Part shown: positions 1 through 8,602 of the stretch, piece by piece
Layout: the number at the start of each line of letters is the position of its first letter
Numbering within the stretch: position 1 is the first letter of the stretch
NCBI GenBank assembly: GCA_018238545.1
Contig: JABCTC010000004.1
Span: 1-64,000, forward strand
Reading direction: 5' to 3'
From: Candidatus Heimdallarchaeota archaeon
GTDB lineage: Archaea; Asgardarchaeota; Heimdallarchaeia; Heimdallarchaeales; Heimdallarchaeaceae
DNA length: 64,000 nt
Program-made: the position numbers and the translations under genes
The notes under the pieces: generated by a model
What the model was told of the DNA's origin: nothing
The model's input: only the letters and a program-made list of their open reading frames with translations
Databases searched by the model: none

Positions 1-32
1 CTATATTTAAAACATCACCTAATATTTTTGAA

Positions 33-266
33 ATGATAACTGTGGGAAATGAAGTTCAAATTTATACTATAAAACCTGAAGAGGATAAAGGAGCTAAAGA
101 AGAAGCTAGTAATTCTTGGGTAGAGAGATTTAAACGAAGCAAATTTGTAGTGTTTTTTTGGTTATTATTTGTGGTGTTATTACCCTTTATTTTGCTTTTT
201 AGAGTTGTAGGTATAGTTGCTCTAGCAATCCGATCAAGACTTGGAAAACATAGAAGACGGAGTTGA
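33..266 (+). CDS. small single-pass membrane protein, hypothetical
   Basis: 77-aa ORF with a long hydrophobic segment (FVVFFWLLFVVLLPFILLF) and basic tail. Confidence 0.6.
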   Translation: MITVGNEVQIYTIKPEEDKGAKEEASNSWVERFKRSKFVVFFWLLFVVLLPFILLFRVVGIVALAIRSRLGKHRRRS

Positions 267-349
267 AGATAAGATAATCATATTGGATTGTAAGATTTTA
301 TGGAGGGAAAAAGGAGAAAAAAAAGTATGAGATGATATTTCTTCTTAGT

Positions 350-817
350 TTAATGTTTTATTCTTTGTTTCCTTCTTTGAAATATCATAAATGGAAGGAT
401 AATTATTGCTATCAAAAATGTCCAAGCATAGCTTGTTGAAGCTGGTTCGGAAATTGTTACCCAAATGGTACTAGTAGCTGTATTACCCGCCATATCACTT
501 GCAATCAGAGTCATATTATACTCCCCAACAATTGAATAGGTGAATAATAGTGTAATATTATCTCCGTTTTGCCAATAAGTATCTGAACCCAGTACACCAT
601 TACTATAAATTTGATATTTATAGGGATCATCATCTACTAATAGCCACCATATGTAACTATCAGTTGAATTAAATTCGTAAGTTATGGAATCTGTAATAGC
701 TGTTATCTGGGGAGGATCAGTAACAGCTGCTATAGATGTGCTAGGTGTCGAAATGAATGTGCTTAAACTCAAGAATAATAGAAAGATAATTGGGATAATT
801 TTTTTTCTTGTTGACAT
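350..817 (-). CDS. secreted Ig-like surface protein with C-terminal membrane anchor
   Basis: N-terminal signal peptide; Ig-like motif GEYNMTLIASDMAGN; C-terminal TM followed by RRKQR. Confidence 0.75.
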   Translation of the reverse strand: MSTRKKIIPIIFLLFLSLSTFISTPSTSIAAVTDPPQITAITDSITYEFNSTDSYIWWLLVDDDPYKYQIYSNGVLGSDTYWQNGDNITLLFTYSIVGEYNMTLIASDMAGNTATSTIWVTISEPASTSYAWTFLIAIIILPFMIFQRRKQRIKH

Positions 818-974
818 AATTAGACTTTCTTCTTTCCTCTATTAAATTTTATGAAATGAAGATGATGTTTTATTAGACATAATAGTAACATATCAATTCT
901 AAAAACATGACCACAGTTTTCAAAATTTTGTGGTGCTTAAATAGTTTCGTTGAACACTCACTACTGAAAGTAAT

Positions 975-1337
975 ATGTCAAGCTTCTGGGATTATCCTGA
1001 AGAGGCACGGGAAGCCTCGAAAGATTCTTTTGAAAATAGAGTTGAGTTAATACTCAAAGAACATGAAAGTATTCATCTTGACGATCTTCTAAAGAAAATG
1101 TGGGGTGGATATAATCTCCTTACTAACTTTCAAGGTATTCTTGAAGGGCTCAATCATCTTGTTAACGATGGTAAAATAATCATGAAAGACAAGATTATTT
1201 CCCTCGCAACTATTACAGTTTTTGAAGATGGAGATTTTAAAGAAAAAGCTGTTTGGGATCTTCTTCACCGTGAGGAAGAGATTGAAGAGAAAAAAGAGAT
1301 TATCCGTCGTTACAACGAGATAAACAGTCTTGCTTGA
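975..1337 (+). CDS. hypothetical protein (possible winged helix)
   Basis: 120-aa ORF with normal composition, fills the intergenic space. Confidence 0.6.
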   Translation: MSSFWDYPEEAREASKDSFENRVELILKEHESIHLDDLLKKMWGGYNLLTNFQGILEGLNHLVNDGKIIMKDKIISLATITVFEDGDFKEKAVWDLLHREEEIEEKKEIIRRYNEINSLA

Positions 1338-1345
1338 ACAATCAC

Positions 1346-1939
1346 TTATTTCTGAGCAAGTGATTGATAAAGATGTAAAATACTTGATATTTCTTCTCTA
1401 TCAGCTGTTACTTTGTAGCTTTTTGCTGCTTTAGCAAAACCGTAATTTTCTATTTCTTTTCCATTTAATAGCGGAAAGTTCATCAGATAATCAGAAGAAC
1501 GTTTCATTACAGTAATTGTCCCGTTCATAGTATTTATGCTAGCTTTTCTGTAGAACGAATGGAAACTCACTTCACCATATTTTCTCCAAACATTCACTTT
1601 TCTTCTTGCACTGAAAATCATTGTTTTAGATAGGAAATGGATAGGAGGTAGAATGAGCAATATTGTTGATGACATGATGAAGGTTGTAAAATTCCATATC
1701 TCAAAATTGAAATTGACAGAGCCTCTACTTCCTGCAGAACTTCCATCTGTTATTGTAATTGCCCCACCATCAGCATTAACAGCAATTGATACTGACATGA
1801 AACCTCCACTAGCAGTAGCAGCTATTGATATTGACATGATGAAAATTATTGCTGATATCAATATTATTGATATGAACACTTTTCTTCTGGAATTTATCAG
1901 ATTTGTTCTGTTTGATGCAAACATGTTTCTAGTATTCAT
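1346..1939 (-). CDS. hypothetical membrane protein
   Basis: Two hydrophobic segments; 5 bp downstream of co-oriented 1945..2364. Confidence 0.6.
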   Translation of the reverse strand: MNTRNMFASNRTNLINSRRKVFISIILISAIIFIMSISIAATASGGFMSVSIAVNADGGAITITDGSSAGSRGSVNFNFEIWNFTTFIMSSTILLILPPIHFLSKTMIFSARRKVNVWRKYGEVSFHSFYRKASINTMNGTITVMKRSSDYLMNFPLLNGKEIENYGFAKAAKSYKVTADREEISSILHLYQSLAQK

Positions 1940-1944
1940 TTTTT

Positions 1945-2364
1945 TTACTCCAAGACATCGTCTATTACTTCTAGATATTTTTCGCCGTACTTTTGTGCTA
2001 AGTCTATCATTCTTTTTAGGAGAGGATTTTCGTGATTCAATCTTATACTTGCCACTTTTGGTGTAAGTTTATCCAGGAATATCAAATCTCTTTCTTGAAG
2101 ATCATCTAATATTCCTCTGTATATCGTTCGCACCTTTAGAGAATAACCAAGTAACATTGAAAGCTGTGTTGCTGTTACAGCTTTCGGGTATTGATGTGCT
2201 AATACTAAGATTGCTCTAATCTTGTTTGAACCAAGGGTACTCAGTAGAAGCAGTAGATCATAGTTATGTTTCTCTGCGTTCATCTTTGTAAATGATGCTA
2301 TTTCTAGCGCACTTATAACTTCTTTTACCGTATTATAGCCATTTTTGTGTATAGACATACACAC
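1945..2364 (-). CDS. winged-helix transcriptional regulator-like protein
   Basis: ArsR/wHTH-like pattern (IRAILVL...TATQLSMLLGYS...LDDLQERDLI). Confidence 0.6.
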   Translation of the reverse strand: MCMSIHKNGYNTVKEVISALEIASFTKMNAEKHNYDLLLLLSTLGSNKIRAILVLAHQYPKAVTATQLSMLLGYSLKVRTIYRGILDDLQERDLIFLDKLTPKVASIRLNHENPLLKRMIDLAQKYGEKYLEVIDDVLE

Positions 2365-2419
2365 ATTTCTTCAATAGATACAAGGGTTAGCTTTAAAAAA
2401 TACTATATTAAAGGAAGTT

Positions 2420-3538
2420 TTGATGGCATCTAACCCTTGGGAATTTTGGATCAAAATAGGGCAAATAGTCATTATTTTAATCATACTTGGCTATTTTTTG
2501 TATAGACGATTCCATGACAAGATTCGAGGGTTTGACTGGTTTATTGGTCTTTTTTCTTTTGCTATAGTACAATCATTAATTGAGATTGCTATTTACTTCC
2601 CTACTGAATATGGTTCTTTGGATAGTAATAGTGCTATACAAGAGATTCATATTATTCCATATGCTATTGGATTGTTCATTCTATTTCTTTATACTGAACT
2701 CATCAAAAATAGCAGACCTAATACCTGGCATCTTAGTATCATGAGTCTTCTTCTTGGGGGTTATTTAGCTATATACTTCATTGAGCTAGGTTTTAATTTA
2801 GAACTCGATTTTCTTCCTGAATACAGAATTTATAGAGTTATTTTCAATATTTTCCAAGCTTTTGTTTTAGCTCAAGCCTTCTTTGTTTTCTTGATGGACT
2901 CGATAAAAGTTGAGTATAAGAGATTGAAAAGAATTAGTATTGTAATAGCTTCTTCAATGGGTGTAGCGCTTCTATTCTCCGTCGCAAAGATTTTTGAAAG
3001 ATGGACCATTCAGATTGACCCAAATTTGCAATTCTACGGAGCAATACCCCTTGGAATACTTTTTGGAGTTACAGCTATTGCTTTCATAGCTAATCCGTTT
3101 TATGTTTATCTTATTCCAACAAAATTTAACAAACTCATAGTTCTAAATGAATCAGGTATTCTACTATATTCAGTTCGAATAGAGAGAGGAGAACCTAAGA
3201 TAATTGAAGATACACTTCTAACAGGCACTGTTTCAGCTCTTAGGACAATCTTAGCTGAGACTACAGGTGCTCGAACAGATTTAAGAAAAATCAGTTTTAG
3301 AGACAAGAAAATGATAGTTGTTGAAGATCTAAAAAAGAAAGTTTCAACAATCGTTATTAGTGATAGTGATTCGTATATTTTGCAATTAGCGGTAAAACAT
3401 TTCAATAGAGATTTTTGTAAACAATTTGCTGTTACTCTGGAAAACTTTGATGGAGCAATTAGCTCTTTTTCTGAAGCAACAAGCATAGTCCGCAGAGTTT
3501 TTCCTTTCGTCCCTCCAGAGGAGATAATTGTAGATTAG
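2420..3538 (+). CDS. multi-pass (~7 TM) membrane protein with C-terminal longin-like domain
   Basis: About 7 hydrophobic helices, then LIVLNESGILLYS...LLTGTVSAL...ISFRDKKMIV...FNRDF, a pattern typical of Asgard longin-like domains. Confidence 0.65.
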   Translation: MMASNPWEFWIKIGQIVIILIILGYFLYRRFHDKIRGFDWFIGLFSFAIVQSLIEIAIYFPTEYGSLDSNSAIQEIHIIPYAIGLFILFLYTELIKNSRPNTWHLSIMSLLLGGYLAIYFIELGFNLELDFLPEYRIYRVIFNIFQAFVLAQAFFVFLMDSIKVEYKRLKRISIVIASSMGVALLFSVAKIFERWTIQIDPNLQFYGAIPLGILFGVTAIAFIANPFYVYLIPTKFNKLIVLNESGILLYSVRIERGEPKIIEDTLLTGTVSALRTILAETTGARTDLRKISFRDKKMIVVEDLKKKVSTIVISDSDSYILQLAVKHFNRDFCKQFAVTLENFDGAISSFSEATSIVRRVFPFVPPEEIIVD

Positions 3539-3701
3539 TTTCAGTTAAGTCACTTTTTCTTTTGGGGTTTTTATATCCAAATCTCGAAGTATCTATTAGT
3601 GATATATCCCCCTATATCATTGCTGACACATCGTGTCAGGATAATCCACCAGCAGAGCTTTATAGGGAGGGTTTGCTACCCTTCCACTCTATTCTCCAAG
3701 T

Positions 3702-4817
3702 TTATTTTTCAAAAGGGAAAACATAATTTTCTAGTTTCAGATCATCTCTCATAAAGAGTAAATCTTCTTGAATGCTTTTGTTTACTGGAACACCCTTTTC
3801 TCTAACTAATTTCTCAGCTTCGAATTCCTTTTCTCCAGCTGTATAAATTCTCTCTTCACTTGGAGCAATTGCAGATTTTCTTAGTTTTTTACATATAGCA
3901 CCTGCTACTGCTTTGAACACGTCCAACCCGAGAAAATGTTCTGGATCAATAGCTATGAAGAAATGCCCTACATGGAAGTGCGTATTATTCCCTTCGTCAT
4001 CTAATCCTGATAGTTCTTTCAAGAATTTCCCATCTTGTAAAGCAGCTGAAAGTATCTCCACAACTGTAGAATAGCCATATCCTTTATGTCCTGACAATGT
4101 TTCTCCCGCCCCACCTAGTGGTAGTAAAGCAGCTTCTTTGTTGACGAAATCTTTCAACAGCTGTTTTGCATCAGTTTTGTATTTGCCATCTTTTCCTATT
4201 ACTAACCCATCAGCTAGAGTTTCTCCTGTTCTTGCATTGATTTCTACTTTCCCTCTTTGTATAATCGATGTCGCACAATCTAGAACAAATGGAAATTCTT
4301 CATTTGTTGGAAAACCAAAAGTTAGAGGGTTAGTGCCTAACATTGGTTCTATTCCAAAGGTTGGAGCAACAGCTGGACGAGCATTTGTCCCTGTTATTCC
4401 TATACATCCCTCTTTTATCGCCATTAGAGGATAATATCCAGCTATTCCATAATGAGTGCTATTTCTGACAACAGCCATTCCTAGCCCGTATTTTTTCGCT
4501 TTTTCTATAGCTAGTTTCATTGCATTGTATGAGATAAAATGCCCATTTCCATGATTTCCTTCTATGACCACAGCGGCATTTTGATTCTTGATAATCTCAA
4601 ACTTACTGACTTCATGCTGTCCTCCTTTAACTCTAACATAATAGTATCTGAGACGTTGAACCCCATGAGATTTTATCCCCCTTAAATCAGATTCTATCAA
4701 GATATCCGCACTTACTTGGGCTTCTTCTTCTGGATAACCTAAACCAATAAAAACATCCTTCATGAAATTATGAAGAATTTCAACAGGAACATATTCTTCT
4801 TTTATCATACTTACCAA
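3702..4817 (-). CDS. Ldh_2 family (malate/L-lactate/sulfolactate) oxidoreductase
   Basis: SDLRGIKSHG, NSTHYGIAGYY, GTNP, GHKGYG motifs. Confidence 0.92.
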   Translation of the reverse strand: MVSMIKEEYVPVEILHNFMKDVFIGLGYPEEEAQVSADILIESDLRGIKSHGVQRLRYYYVRVKGGQHEVSKFEIIKNQNAAVVIEGNHGNGHFISYNAMKLAIEKAKKYGLGMAVVRNSTHYGIAGYYPLMAIKEGCIGITGTNARPAVAPTFGIEPMLGTNPLTFGFPTNEEFPFVLDCATSIIQRGKVEINARTGETLADGLVIGKDGKYKTDAKQLLKDFVNKEAALLPLGGAGETLSGHKGYGYSTVVEILSAALQDGKFLKELSGLDDEGNNTHFHVGHFFIAIDPEHFLGLDVFKAVAGAICKKLRKSAIAPSEERIYTAGEKEFEAEKLVREKGVPVNKSIQEDLLFMRDDLKLENYVFPFEK

Positions 4818-4926
4818 TATCTAAAACAATATTTCTTCAATCTTAAATTTTACCTAATCCCATGGTTTTCAAATAGAAGTAATAGTATTTCAAAAAACTT
4901 TAAAGTGTTTGAAGTGAGTTTTATTT

Positions 4927-5748
4927 ATGTATCCAGTTGAAAAATTCACTAACTTACCAAAACATCAAGCTCTCATCGATAAAGCAGTTGAGGTTTTGAA
5001 ACAAGATTCCAGAGTTAAAGGTATTTACGTCTCTGGGTCTACAAAAGCAGATGAATTTTCAGATATAGATTTTGGTATCCTTTGCACTGCAGAAGACTTT
5101 GATTCTTTGAAAAAAGACAGATTAGATACAGCAAAGAAAATAGGTGATATCAAAGCTGAATCTATGTCAGGTTTCCCCACAGTTTATGTTGTTTTCTATG
5201 AACCCGATGAAATAAAATTTGATTTCTCTTGGGAAGTTTTACCAAAGAATATAAGACCAGATCATGCACATATAACTAATCTTTACGACCCTAAAGGTCA
5301 CATAGCAGCTATGATGGAGAAAGCTTGGCAAATGGATTGGGATATCAATGAGGAGGAATTAAGACATTATATCAAACATTACCATATAGGTCTCAGTTAT
5401 ACTGTTCTGAAGTTAGCAAGAGGAGAATTGTGGGATGCATACGATTGTGTAGACTTCTACAGGAAATATTTGGTTAAGTTTGAAGATATGCTCGCTCAAA
5501 GAAAGCCTGAAAATTATCGTCGATTAGAGCAGAAACTTGATGATAACAGAATAAAATTGCTAGAAAAAGCTATTCCTAAAGATTTGTCTAGAGAAGAACT
5601 TTTCAGAACTATGGATGTTATATTGGAATATTTCGATACTTATCTAATAGAGAGAATCAGAATACTGGACCTTTATCCTGATGAGCAAGCGAAACGCATG
5701 CTAGAGTATTATCAAAGGAAAAAGAAAGAGATTTTGCATCTCGATTAG
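4927..5748 (+). CDS. Pol-beta-type nucleotidyltransferase with helical C-terminal domain (Lnu/AadE-like architecture)
   Basis: GS...DEFSDID motif; RGELW and RRLE in the C-terminal domain. Confidence 0.75.
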   Translation: MYPVEKFTNLPKHQALIDKAVEVLKQDSRVKGIYVSGSTKADEFSDIDFGILCTAEDFDSLKKDRLDTAKKIGDIKAESMSGFPTVYVVFYEPDEIKFDFSWEVLPKNIRPDHAHITNLYDPKGHIAAMMEKAWQMDWDINEEELRHYIKHYHIGLSYTVLKLARGELWDAYDCVDFYRKYLVKFEDMLAQRKPENYRRLEQKLDDNRIKLLEKAIPKDLSREELFRTMDVILEYFDTYLIERIRILDLYPDEQAKRMLEYYQRKKKEILHLD

Positions 5749-7727
5749 AAAATAAAGAAATTCCAATAAATCGGGAATATGATGTATAACATGCTAAACA
5801 CTGTTAATGCAGTATATTGTATCCTTGTTGCCAAATTCCAATATGGTTTCCTATCTTGATTAAATACACCAAACCAAGCAAAGAATGTGAACAACATATT
5901 TCCAATAATGAAAGCAATTGACAGATAAGGTAAGAAGAGTATACTTTGAAAAGCTGATGATGTTTCAGTGCTAAGTACTATAGTCTCGTGATTTATTTTC
6001 ATCAATAAACTGACAGTTATTATTGCCGTTGTGAGAAAACCGATTAACCATATTTTGGTCATCGAATGAAGGGTGTTTCCTCTTTCTTTTCCTTTTTTCC
6101 ATCTAAAGAATGAGTCTATTCCCCACATTGACAAAGATATCAAGGATATTGTCCCCATAAGTATCAACAACCCTAATTGAAGATTCGTATTGATATAAGA
6201 TGGATGGATTTTTTCATATGTGGTAATAGCTGTTTGCCAACTTGTATACATATGAGTTATTTTTCCATTCTCATTTGTTTTAAAGAACAGGGATAAATCC
6301 ATAGTTCCTGTTCTTTCTACAAAGAAATAGGGAGCAATTTCAACAAAATCTATATCATCTAATCCAGCAATTTGCAGATAGCCCTTACTTACACTGATAT
6401 TCGCAGAATAGTATTGTGACCAGAATAACATAGCAACATTGTTCTTTTCACTGTAATATCTTCTTGTGCTCACATAAGTCCCTGTAAACATGCTTGCTCT
6501 CTGCCTAAAGTTTTCTACAGGTTCTACAACTCTATTGAAATAATAGAAACTCTCCATTAAACCTGAGATGAATCTACTCATCCCAAAGATTCCTGTTCTA
6601 CTATTATAAGAGATGAACAAACCAAAGTTTTCATCAGGGAATAGCATCATGTTGCTATGAAAGAAAATCGTATCTCCTCCATGCCCAATTATATGGGCAT
6701 TTCTATAATCTGTCTCATAAACACCTAAACCTACACTCGGTATATCAGGATGAACAGTATATTGATCTGAAAACATTTCTTGAACAGAACTTTCTTCTAA
6801 AATTGTCACATTGTTATAGGTTCCATTATTGAGGAGCATCATCATGAACTTAGCCATATCTGTTGCTGATGAAGTGAAACCTCCCGCTGGATAAAGAGAG
6901 AAATATTCGTAAAATCCTGGATGGTCATAATCAAAATATGCTGAAGACATATCAGCTTGCAATTCACTTGGCAGTTGTTGTCTACATGTTGTGCTATTCA
7001 TCTCTAAGGGTAAAGTAATATTTTCTTCCATGTAATCAAAATAGGGTTTTCCTGCAATTTCTTGAACAATATAACCTACTAGAGAACTTCCATAATTTGA
7101 ATATCCTGTTAGTTCCCCTGGAGGTCTTACTCGATCAGGCATATAAGTTATCAACTCTTGTTCAAGTGATAACATTGCTTCATAAGATTCATGCAAAACA
7201 GCAGATGTCGAAACTTCAAAACCTGCAGTATGAGTTAGTAAATGTCGTAAAGTTATAGGTTCTGTAAAAGTATCAGGGATTTTAAAAACTGTTAAGTATG
7301 TATTAACATTTTCATCTAAATCTAGCAATCCTAGCTCTACAAGCTGCATTGCTGCAACAGCGGTAAATGTTTTAGAAATAGATCCTAATCGGAAAAGAGT
7401 TTCATCTGCAATTACAGGGGAAGTATAACTGTAATCTGCATATCCATATCCCTTAGAGAATATCATTTCACCATCTTGAACAACAGAAACTGTCACACCG
7501 GCGATTTCATAATCTTGAAGTTCTTGATTAATTTCACTATTCATATAATCTTCCAGATGTCTCAAAAGAGGAATGTCCTGTATAGTTGAAACTTCATCTT
7601 TTTCATAATCTAAATTTGCTAAAACTGTAGAATTTTCTCCAACCCTAACATTTAATGAGTTTACCGTAAAGGAAATAATAAGTAATCCACTAAACAATAA
7701 GACAAATTTTCTTGACTTAGCTATCAT
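5745..7727 (-). CDS. membrane-anchored serine hydrolase, beta-lactamase/AmpC-like family
   Basis: SISK (SxxK), LLTHTAG, YSN, GHGG motifs; signal peptide; 4 C-terminal TMs. Confidence 0.9.
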   Translation of the reverse strand: MIAKSRKFVLLFSGLLIISFTVNSLNVRVGENSTVLANLDYEKDEVSTIQDIPLLRHLEDYMNSEINQELQDYEIAGVTVSVVQDGEMIFSKGYGYADYSYTSPVIADETLFRLGSISKTFTAVAAMQLVELGLLDLDENVNTYLTVFKIPDTFTEPITLRHLLTHTAGFEVSTSAVLHESYEAMLSLEQELITYMPDRVRPPGELTGYSNYGSSLVGYIVQEIAGKPYFDYMEENITLPLEMNSTTCRQQLPSELQADMSSAYFDYDHPGFYEYFSLYPAGGFTSSATDMAKFMMMLLNNGTYNNVTILEESSVQEMFSDQYTVHPDIPSVGLGVYETDYRNAHIIGHGGDTIFFHSNMMLFPDENFGLFISYNSRTGIFGMSRFISGLMESFYYFNRVVEPVENFRQRASMFTGTYVSTRRYYSEKNNVAMLFWSQYYSANISVSKGYLQIAGLDDIDFVEIAPYFFVERTGTMDLSLFFKTNENGKITHMYTSWQTAITTYEKIHPSYINTNLQLGLLILMGTISLISLSMWGIDSFFRWKKGKERGNTLHSMTKIWLIGFLTTAIITVSLLMKINHETIVLSTETSSAFQSILFLPYLSIAFIIGNMLFTFFAWFGVFNQDRKPYWNLATRIQYTALTVFSMLYIIFPIYWNFFIF

Positions 7728-7817
7728 TTCTCTGCCCCTAAGAAATTAGTTTTTCAAACTAATTCATAACTGGGTAAGGACATATATAAATAAAACTGAA
7801 AGGAGATGCTCACTAAC

Positions 7818-8366
7818 TTACTTCTGCATTTCCAATTGATTTACTAACCAACCGAAGGATTCCATTATGCCTCCACCATAGAGGATACTGCAATCGAAAA
7901 CTGAAAAGGTTCTATTTAGAAAATGAGTTTGTAAATCTAACATTTGAACAAGTAAAGGTGCATCTATCGAACCTGGCAAATCTTGCTTATTGGCCATTAT
8001 TAAAACAGGAACGCCATCTAGATGTGGGTTGTCAAAAACATGGCGTTTAAGTATGTCTCTCGCTTCTGGTAATCTATCAAAGTCAGCCGCATCTATTACA
8101 AAAATAATAGCAGAACTTCCTTGATAATGTGATTCCCATAAGAATCTGAAATTCTTTTGCCCTGCGACGTCTATGGCAGTTATAGTCCATCCTTCTACAT
8201 CAAAAGTATCTATGTTTTGTCCTATTGTTGGTACAGTATTATCTTGAAACTCCCCATATCTTAGATACCTCGATAAAGTTGTTTTTCCAGCAGCATCTAA
8301 TCCTAATATTAGTATCTTTGCTTTGTTAGCGTTTTTTACTTTGTTTCGTAATTTTAAGAAACTCAT
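7818..8366 (-). CDS. Arf-family small GTPase
   Basis: G1 GLDAAGKT, G2 PTIG, G3 DVAGQ, FRFLWESHY, G4 NKQD. Confidence 0.93.
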   Translation of the reverse strand: MSFLKLRNKVKNANKAKILILGLDAAGKTTLSRYLRYGEFQDNTVPTIGQNIDTFDVEGWTITAIDVAGQKNFRFLWESHYQGSSAIIFVIDAADFDRLPEARDILKRHVFDNPHLDGVPVLIMANKQDLPGSIDAPLLVQMLDLQTHFLNRTFSVFDCSILYGGGIMESFGWLVNQLEMQK

Positions 8367-8602
8367 CTAGTTCAACCCCAGTTCTCTACGAATTTTGTTT
8401 GAAAAATCACAAGAATAATTTGATATACTCTTAATTTGATTTTTACCCCTATCTATGTTGTTTCTAGACGCTTTATAAATATTATTTCACCAGCAATATC
8501 TTTTTCACCTAAAATAGCCCGTATGTAAGGCAATTTTAAGGAAGTCTATACTTTTGAAAAAGCAAAAAAAGAGAGAAAAAATAATTGAAATTATAATAAA
8601 TT

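Noticed and set aside
1653-2066. 137-aa + strand ORF
   Set aside because: Antisense to two co-oriented - strand genes; no recognisable features
4927-5748. Nucleotidyltransferase as an antibiotic-resistance or toxin-antitoxin gene
   Set aside because: Fold-level similarity only; no partner gene or mobile context
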